A stretch of DNA of 45,780 bases. It comes from an uncultured Ectothiorhodospiraceae bacterium. Its GTDB lineage: Bacteria > Pseudomonadota > Gammaproteobacteria > GRL18. How positions within the stretch are numbered: position 1 is the stretch's first letter; each line of letters opens with the position of its first letter. The notes under the pieces are model-generated. The model had not been told where the DNA came from, ran no database searches, and worked only from the letters and a program-made list of their open reading frames with translations. Position numbers and translations under genes: made by a program. The stretch is taken from NCBI GenBank assembly GCA_964391585.1, contig CAYMMQ010000001.1:1-45780 (forward strand), given 5' to 3'. Shown here piece after piece: positions 40,540 to 45,780 of this stretch.

Positions 40540-41960
40540 AAAAAACCTGTAACTTGCCAAAATGGAATAGATAAATAAATTACTATATATCGAAGTAACA
40601 AAAGAAGAACTTGAAATTTATTCCCCTCCTGAAAACCAGCAGGAATAGATTCCGCCTCACGTTCTCCTACAACATAACTTTTTTGGTACGGAGAAAAAAC
40701 ACGAATCGAAGTAAACAGTAAAACGATCAAGCCTAATAACCAAGGATTAATACCTGAAAACACCGATAATGGTAATAAAACAAAACAAAAAATCAAGGCA
40801 ACAACCTGCTCGGACATAAATTGTCTTGCCATCACAATCAATATAGTTAATAACATTACAAAGATAGCAAACTGTTGTGCAATAAACTGACTTAACCATG
40901 TTAGCTGGCTAATCATAAGAGCATCTAGTTGCAAATATTCCATTACAGCAAAAACACCTGATGCACATGCCAACAAAAGTAAAAAATCCCAATTTATTTT
41001 AGATATAAAATATTTCCAATGATTACCAGAAACAAGCAAAATAATAACTAATACCCCAAAACATAGATGTGAAAGTGGTTGTTGATGTATGTTTTGGGTT
41101 GATATACCAAGCAGTAAGACTCCAATAGCCATTAAAACCATCCTCTCCATTGAGCTAAATGCACCTGGAGATTGGAAATACTCACTCATTGATTTTTCAG
41201 TCAGCACAACTTTTTGTAACGGCTTCCAATACCAAGAGGAAAGGATCAGATATAACACAAACATCAATAAAGTCGTCACGGAGCACGCATATAACCAGAA
41301 AGAAAAAGTAAAAAGTGACTGGTTCTGATTAGAAAGGAAAGCTAATACAAAAAAATTTGCCGGAGCAGCTGTTAATAGTAGTGGGGAAAAAAAATTTACC
41401 GCATCTTGAGATGTTGTAGTCAACATAACATTTTTTTTTGCTAGCCCAATTTCAGTCCTTGTTTCTAATATTGAGTTAAGCATAGGCAAAATAATTTTTT
41501 CACGCTTATTATCACTAAGAGTAAAAGACTGATACAAAAAGCCAACTATTAACATTGCACATTGCTGAAAAAATCTATTTGCCGGTAAATGGCGCAACAA
41601 AAAAGCTCCTGTTCGTATCGCTAGCCCAGAACGCACAACAGCGAGACCTATTCCCATTAAGCTAAAAGCTAAAATAAATATTGGTGAAGAAAACCCCGAT
41701 AAGGTAATATTTTCTGGCGCCAAGTCAAATAGTAGTAGCAACAGCAAAGCTAACATTGCCGGAACAAAATCAGGAACAGGAGCAAATAACCATAGCGTAA
41801 CACAGCCCAAACAAATCGCACTAAATATTGATGTGTTATTAGCGACTCCATTTAAGTTGAGCACAACATAAGTTGCCATTGGGAGCACTAACAATACTAA
41901 GTAACTAAGACTTTGTTCTGCCACAAAGTTATTTAGAAGTTTTTTTATATTTATATTCAA
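40536..41960 (-). CDS. Ion-transporter-superfamily anion permease (DASS/SLC13-like), copy 2
   Basis: 474 aa, polytopic, and paralogous to 32203-33738. For example, FSAICLGCVTLWLFAPVPDFVPAMLALLLLLLFDLAPENITLSGFSSP compares with FSAIVSITIIMWISSLLPEFIPALIALLLILLFGLAPNDIVLSGFSSP. TTG start with a GAGGA SD. Confidence 0.7.
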   Translation of the reverse strand: MNINIKKLLNNFVAEQSLSYLVLLVLPMATYVVLNLNGVANNTSIFSAICLGCVTLWLFAPVPDFVPAMLALLLLLLFDLAPENITLSGFSSPIFILAFSLMGIGLAVVRSGLAIRTGAFLLRHLPANRFFQQCAMLIVGFLYQSFTLSDNKREKIILPMLNSILETRTEIGLAKKNVMLTTTSQDAVNFFSPLLLTAAPANFFVLAFLSNQNQSLFTFSFWLYACSVTTLLMFVLYLILSSWYWKPLQKVVLTEKSMSEYFQSPGAFSSMERMVLMAIGVLLLGISTQNIHQQPLSHLCFGVLVIILLVSGNHWKYFISKINWDFLLLLACASGVFAVMEYLQLDALMISQLTWLSQFIAQQFAIFVMLLTILIVMARQFMSEQVVALIFCFVLLPLSVFSGINPWLLGLIVLLFTSIRVFSPYQKSYVVGEREAESIPAGFQEGNKFQVLLLLLRYIVIYLSIPFWQVTGFL

Positions 41961-41983
41961 ATAAATTTCCTCATTATGACTTA

Positions 41984-42661
41984 TTAGCTCAAACTTAATA
42001 GTGGAGGGTAAACTTTTATTGCAGTTATCAAAAAAGACTCAGTATTCTCAACTAATACTTCACAACCATACTTTACTCCTTGGTAGTAACAATAAATTTG
42101 CCTATCACACATCATGAACCTCAGTTCGCGACAATCCATAAATTTACCACAGGTTTCTGATAAGGCTTTCACAGCACACTCTTTTAAACTAAAAAGCACC
42201 ATCTCTGCTTGCATATGTTTTGATAGTGTTGTCATTAACTCCAATTCACTTTCATCGTAAATAAACATATAGGCTAAACCGCTCAATGAGTTTTTTGTAA
42301 CCGATAAATTTATCACGTCAACACCAATGCTCATCCAGGCTACTTTTGTTGTGAGGACAACTACTGCAACGGCCAAATCAATATCATGGCTAATCGAGCC
42401 AATAACACCTTGTGGCCATAAAGGTTGATGCAATTCACCTACCCCAATATACGAGCATTGAATATCAATCATTTTCAATGCTTCTCTGGCGCACCATCGC
42501 CCACTTGAAAATTCAAGTTTACGTTGCTCTACTGCATCAGAAACTATCTTTCTCTCTGCTTTTGTAATAGGATATGCATTGATATTAACCACCACAATGG
42601 CTGCATCAGGAGAAAAAAATCCTTCCAGTATCGTCTGTGCCACATATTTATTATCATCCAT
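41984..42661 (-). CDS. 4'-phosphopantetheinyl transferase, Sfp/EntD type
   Basis: 225 aa. Motifs seen: RKLEFSSGRWCAREAL, PLWPQGVIGSISH, IGVDV and FSLKECAVKAL (the (F/W)(S/C/T)xKE(S/A)xxK motif). It lies 23 nt upstream of permease copy 2 on the same strand. Confidence 0.8.
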   Translation of the reverse strand: MDDNKYVAQTILEGFFSPDAAIVVVNINAYPITKAERKIVSDAVEQRKLEFSSGRWCAREALKMIDIQCSYIGVGELHQPLWPQGVIGSISHDIDLAVAVVVLTTKVAWMSIGVDVINLSVTKNSLSGLAYMFIYDESELELMTTLSKHMQAEMVLFSLKECAVKALSETCGKFMDCRELRFMMCDRQIYCYYQGVKYGCEVLVENTESFLITAIKVYPPLLSLS

Positions 42662-43059
42662 TAAAAACTATTCTAGTCATTTAGCAAAGGGATACAAGAC
42701 CATAAACGTAGCGAAGGGATCATATCAGGCCCCGTCTGATTGTAAGTGAAATACATAAATAAGATGAAAATAGTATCGAATGAACCAGAGTTTTACTCAA
42801 GAGAGAAATATTTTGCTCGATATTATTATTTAATCCTTAACAATATAAATTAGTGGATACATAGTCATCCTAGAAATTTAAATCTCAGTTCTAATTAACT
42901 AGAAACAAGCAAAAAAATAGTATAGTATTGAGTTCACTAAGTCAATAACTGAATACCTAATCTTATAGCTTTACAGTCTAGATGTTTGGAAATGTCGCGA
43001 GGCTTTTTTTTGCCGATTGAGTGAAGAGGTGCTACATGATTGCGGTGAAAATCAAAGCT

Positions 43060-43112
43060 ATCTTAAGCTAAGAACTTTATAGATAAATTTCTTAGCTCAG
43101 TCGACATTTCTC
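43060..43112. repeat. Copy 1 of a ~52-bp imperfect direct repeat flanking the FGE-domain gene
   Basis: atcttaagctaagaactttatagataaatttcttagctcagtcgacatttctc aligns gap-free with 44558-44609 at 40 of 50 positions by hand count. Confidence 0.55.
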
Positions 43113-43124
43113 TATTGAGCCTAC

Positions 43125-43158
43125 TTTTGGTCAATGGTTGTTTTTGGTCAATGGTTGT
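43125..43158. repeat. Perfect 2 x 17-bp tandem repeat (ttttggtcaatggttgt)
   Basis: Read directly: 43125-43141 is identical to 43142-43158. It is intergenic, about 200 nt upstream of the 43354 start. Confidence 0.9.
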
Positions 43159-43353
43159 AGGTATGATGCGTCTCATCAGTTAAGGCTGTACTTAAAAACT
43201 TTATAAATACTGATGTCAATTTATAAGCTCTATAATGAGTAATTTTAGTACTTCACCATAAATTTGCTCGAATATTTTTTGCATTTAATTACAATGAGCT
43301 TGATAAGAACTACGAACATGAAAAAGTAATACATCTACCCAAATACTCACCTC

Positions 43354-44526
43354 ATGAAAATTAGTAAAGTTTTAAGCAAATACATAATGAAATATATACA
43401 AATACTCATCATTTCTCTTGTGCCTTTTATAGCGCAATTTTCCTTTGCTAGCAATTTACCTATATCAGTACAAATTGATAAAAAAACCAAAATCATAGAG
43501 TATTTGATGAAAAACCAAAACTGCCACCTAATAAATAAACATATTGATCAATTGCAAAACCTAACACCTATATTGCCGTTATCAATACAGTTTTATCAAA
43601 GCACTTGCTATTATAAACAAGGCGATATGAAAAAAACTTTGCAGTCTCTAGAAGCTTATTTTTCTAGCGTAAAAAATACAGACAGCAACTATTTGCAAGC
43701 ATTAGAAATCTATATTTCTGCCGAAAAAACGCTGTTGATAAAAAAAGAAGCGGATGAACAACAGCGCCTCTCCTTACAATTAGAAAAAAAACAAACCGAA
43801 CTACAACTTCAGCAGTCTAATGAAATTGAACTTCAACGACAAAAGGCTCTTTCAAAAATACAATGGCCCATGATAAATATAAATGCAGGTTGTTTTTATA
43901 TGGGGTCACTTGAAAATAATGAAGAAAAACCCATGCATAGAGTATGCTTGGATAAGTCCTACTCTATTGGACAATTCGAAGTCACTCAACAACTATGGCA
44001 AGTTGTAATGCAAGAAGGTAGTTTAAACTCTAGCAGCAATAGTTCTTGCATATCTAATGACTGTCCGATAACCTCTGTTAGCTGGAAAAACATTCAAATA
44101 TTTATCGATAAATTAAATAAAATTGACAATAAACATTATCGCCTACCTAGCGAAGAAGAATGGGAGTATGCCTGTCGCAACCTCGGTAAAAATCAACGCA
44201 GTTGCACCGAAAATAGTCTTAATGCTATTTCTCACTCTTATAGTGCTAAAGTAACGTCGCTAAAAGAAGTCAAACAAACACCCCATAACCTTATTGATAT
44301 TTTTGGTATGAATGGTAATGCCTCTGAATGGGTTATGGATGATTTTAGTCCGAACTATCACATTAACAATCCAATCATCCCTTCACAAGCCCGTGCAAAA
44401 CCAACTAAAGTAATTCGTAACGCATGCTGTTATAACTCTGATGACAGAATTAATTTAAACCGTTTTGGCCACGTTAAAACTTACGCTGATGACTCTGTTG
44501 GTTTTCGCCTCGCTCAGGATTTATAA
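43354..44526 (+). CDS. Secreted or anchored protein with a helical/coiled-coil N-terminal part and a C-terminal FGE-sulfatase (SUMF1-like) domain
   Basis: 390 aa with signal-like IQILIISLVPFIAQFSFA. It has a Q/E/K-rich coiled-coil stretch (EADEQQRLSLQLEKKQTELQLQQSNEIELQRQKA). FGE-domain blocks seen: CFYMGS, KPMHRV, FEVTQQLW, YRLPSEEEWEYACR, NGNASEWVMD and SVGFRLA. Confidence 0.75.
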   Translation: MKISKVLSKYIMKYIQILIISLVPFIAQFSFASNLPISVQIDKKTKIIEYLMKNQNCHLINKHIDQLQNLTPILPLSIQFYQSTCYYKQGDMKKTLQSLEAYFSSVKNTDSNYLQALEIYISAEKTLLIKKEADEQQRLSLQLEKKQTELQLQQSNEIELQRQKALSKIQWPMININAGCFYMGSLENNEEKPMHRVCLDKSYSIGQFEVTQQLWQVVMQEGSLNSSSNSSCISNDCPITSVSWKNIQIFIDKLNKIDNKHYRLPSEEEWEYACRNLGKNQRSCTENSLNAISHSYSAKVTSLKEVKQTPHNLIDIFGMNGNASEWVMDDFSPNYHINNPIIPSQARAKPTKVIRNACCYNSDDRINLNRFGHVKTYADDSVGFRLAQDL

Positions 44527-44557
44527 AAATTAGAAACTTATAGCTGTGATGCTTGGA

Positions 44558-44609
44558 ATCTTAAGATAAGTCATTTATAAATAAAGTTCTAAACTCTGTC
44601 GATATTTTC
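44558..44609. repeat. Copy 2 of the ~52-bp imperfect direct repeat flanking the FGE-domain gene
   Basis: atcttaagataagtcatttataaataaagttctaaactctgtcgatattttc. See copy 1. Confidence 0.55.
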
Positions 44610-44839
44610 AATGATTGTGAGTATAGGCTATACTTTAAAAGTCTTCTATTTATATTAAAAACGGCATCAACTTACCGCTTCTATAAGAAAAAAGAGTTTA
44701 AATAGGTGCTTGAAAAATCATCCTTTTACTTTATTTCTGTATTAAAACAACCTGAAAATATCATTTATTCATATAAACTCCGTTTTTTAGAACACTTTTA
44801 CCTAGAACTGAAGCAAAAACCTTGATTTTTCAAGTGGCG

Positions 44840-45337
44840 CTAAATTATTCTCAAAAACTCATAAGGAATGTTTTCAGCTGGCATATAGACACCATTAACC
44901 GTTGCACCGCCTGTCGCACTGATATATTGCATCGACGCATCCATATTGAGTTGCAAGTTTTGGTAATACACCTCATAAGACTGCCCATTGATCATGTAAT
45001 TAATCGGGCCGCCATCATAGGTTAATTTTACTTCTAAAGGCTGTGTATTACTTGAGTATAAAATATTAAAACCACCTGTCATACTAAAACCATAAGCTTT
45101 ATCATAACTAAACTGGTTAAAATAAATCGCTAGATTACCTGAAGTTTGTGCTGCATAAGTTGCAGGGTTAAAGGTAACACATAAATCACCTTTAATAGTC
45201 ACCGATCCTGTTCCTTGAAAAGCTGCAACTTGCTCAGCAGAGCTTGTCATTGAAATATTTTGACATTGTTCTTGAGCAAAGGAAAGTTGACTGATAAAGC
45301 AAAGCGATAAAATCAGTAATATATTATTTTTAAACAT
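44840..45337 (-). CDS. Small secreted protein of unknown function
   Basis: 165 aa with signal peptide MFKNNILLILSLCFISQLSFA. The mature part is beta-rich and G/Y/N/T-rich, with two Cys. A good SD (AAGAGGA) lies upstream of the ATG. I recognise no family. Confidence 0.6.
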   Translation of the reverse strand: MFKNNILLILSLCFISQLSFAQEQCQNISMTSSAEQVAAFQGTGSVTIKGDLCVTFNPATYAAQTSGNLAIYFNQFSYDKAYGFSMTGGFNILYSSNTQPLEVKLTYDGGPINYMINGQSYEVYYQNLQLNMDASMQYISATGGATVNGVYMPAENIPYEFLRII

Positions 45338-45441
45338 GTTATCATCCTCTTAAATGGTTTGACATATTCTGCCATAACAGCTACTTTTATTTCTAGTGTT
45401 TTGTTTTATTTCTCGCATTTTCAAATATTTGTGTATTAAAA

Positions 45442-45780
45442 ATGAGTCAATCACCAATTAAACTTACTAGTGATACTTCTATAATCGATAAAAAAACTCT
45501 ATCGACTTCAACTTCTCAGCCAAACACAAATCAATCAACAGCTAACAATCAGTCTACAAATAGTTCACAAAGCACATCACAAACTGCTACATCAACTAAT
45601 GCTACATCAACTAATGCTACAACAACTAATGCCTCATCTGTAAGTAACGTTAAGCAGTCGACTAATGTTCAGACGAGTACTAATAATAGCAATACTACTC
45701 AGGTCAGTACGACGCAAACAACTAAAGCGACACATAACTCCGAAGTTAGTAATTCCGCTTCAAATATTGAAACAACTTCA
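45442..45780 (+). CDS. Partial (5') ORF encoding an S/T/N/Q-rich low-complexity protein; it runs off the window end
   Basis: Hand translation from ATG 45442 gives MSQSPIKLTSDTSIIDKKTLSTSTSQPNTNQSTANNQSTNSSQSTSQTATSTNATSTNATTTNASS..., 113 codons with no stop to position 45780. It is absent from the ORF track, presumably because it has no stop. Confidence 0.45.
   Translation, partial: MSQSPIKLTSDTSIIDKKTLSTSTSQPNTNQSTANNQSTNSSQSTSQTATSTNATSTNATTTNASSVSNVKQSTNVQTSTNNSNTTQVSTTQTTKATHNSEVSNSASNIETTS
45586..45630 (+). repeat. 3 x 15-bp in-frame tandem repeat (gctacatcaactaat x2, gctacaacaactaat), encoding ATSTN-ATSTN-ATTTN
   Basis: Read directly from the sequence. Confidence 0.85.

Noticed and set aside
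44822-45025. Plus-strand 67-aa ORF overlapping the 165-aa secreted-protein gene
   Set aside because: It has no SD or motifs and is fully contained within the better-supported minus-strand gene, which has a signal peptide and an SD.

Overview
AT-rich (roughly high-30s % GC by eye), Gram-negative-type locus. It has a TolC-family outer-membrane protein, lipobox lipoproteins and many TTG starts, so it may be a low-GC gammaproteobacterium, but taxonomy cannot be established from the window. Almost the whole window (about 0.9-42.7 kb) reads as one non-ribosomal peptide biosynthetic island. The core is two co-directional minus-strand NRPS genes separated by 8 nt. NRPS-1 (2,693 aa) is A-T-C-A-T-E-C-T. 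NRPS-2 (5,968 aa) is dock-C-A-T-E-C-A-T-E-C-A-T-E-C-A-T-TE. Downstream lie a DUF697-like membrane protein and a SyrD/PvdE-type cyclic-peptide ABC exporter. Upstream lies a secreted beta-lactamase-fold serine hydrolase. The most striking observation is a 4,514-bp direct repeat with no mismatch found (15233-19746 = 21682-26195, offset 6,449 bp). It duplicates a complete A-T-E-C unit across the two NRPS genes, and both breakpoints fall in C-A linkers. It also leaves an adenylation-less C-T module at the end of NRPS-1. The accessory half (31.4-42.7 kb) starts with a ComA-family phosphosulfolactate synthase. It also holds two diverged, convergently oriented copies of a translationally coupled cassette (ion-transporter-superfamily permease plus membrane-anchored periplasmic-binding-fold protein). 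These cassettes flank a four-gene operon: SPFH/band-7, a Cys-rich PBP1 lipoprotein, a mini membrane protein and a TolC-like OMP. An Sfp/EntD-type PPTase heads the second cassette. The flanks hold a truncated PP2C/SpoIIE phosphatase remnant on the left. On the right are an FGE-sulfatase-domain protein bracketed by about 50-bp imperfect repeats, a small secreted protein, and a partial S/T/N-rich ORF that runs off the window. I recognised no rRNA, tRNA, CRISPR array, transposase or integrase. All family assignments come from motif reading by eye, and domain borders are approximate.
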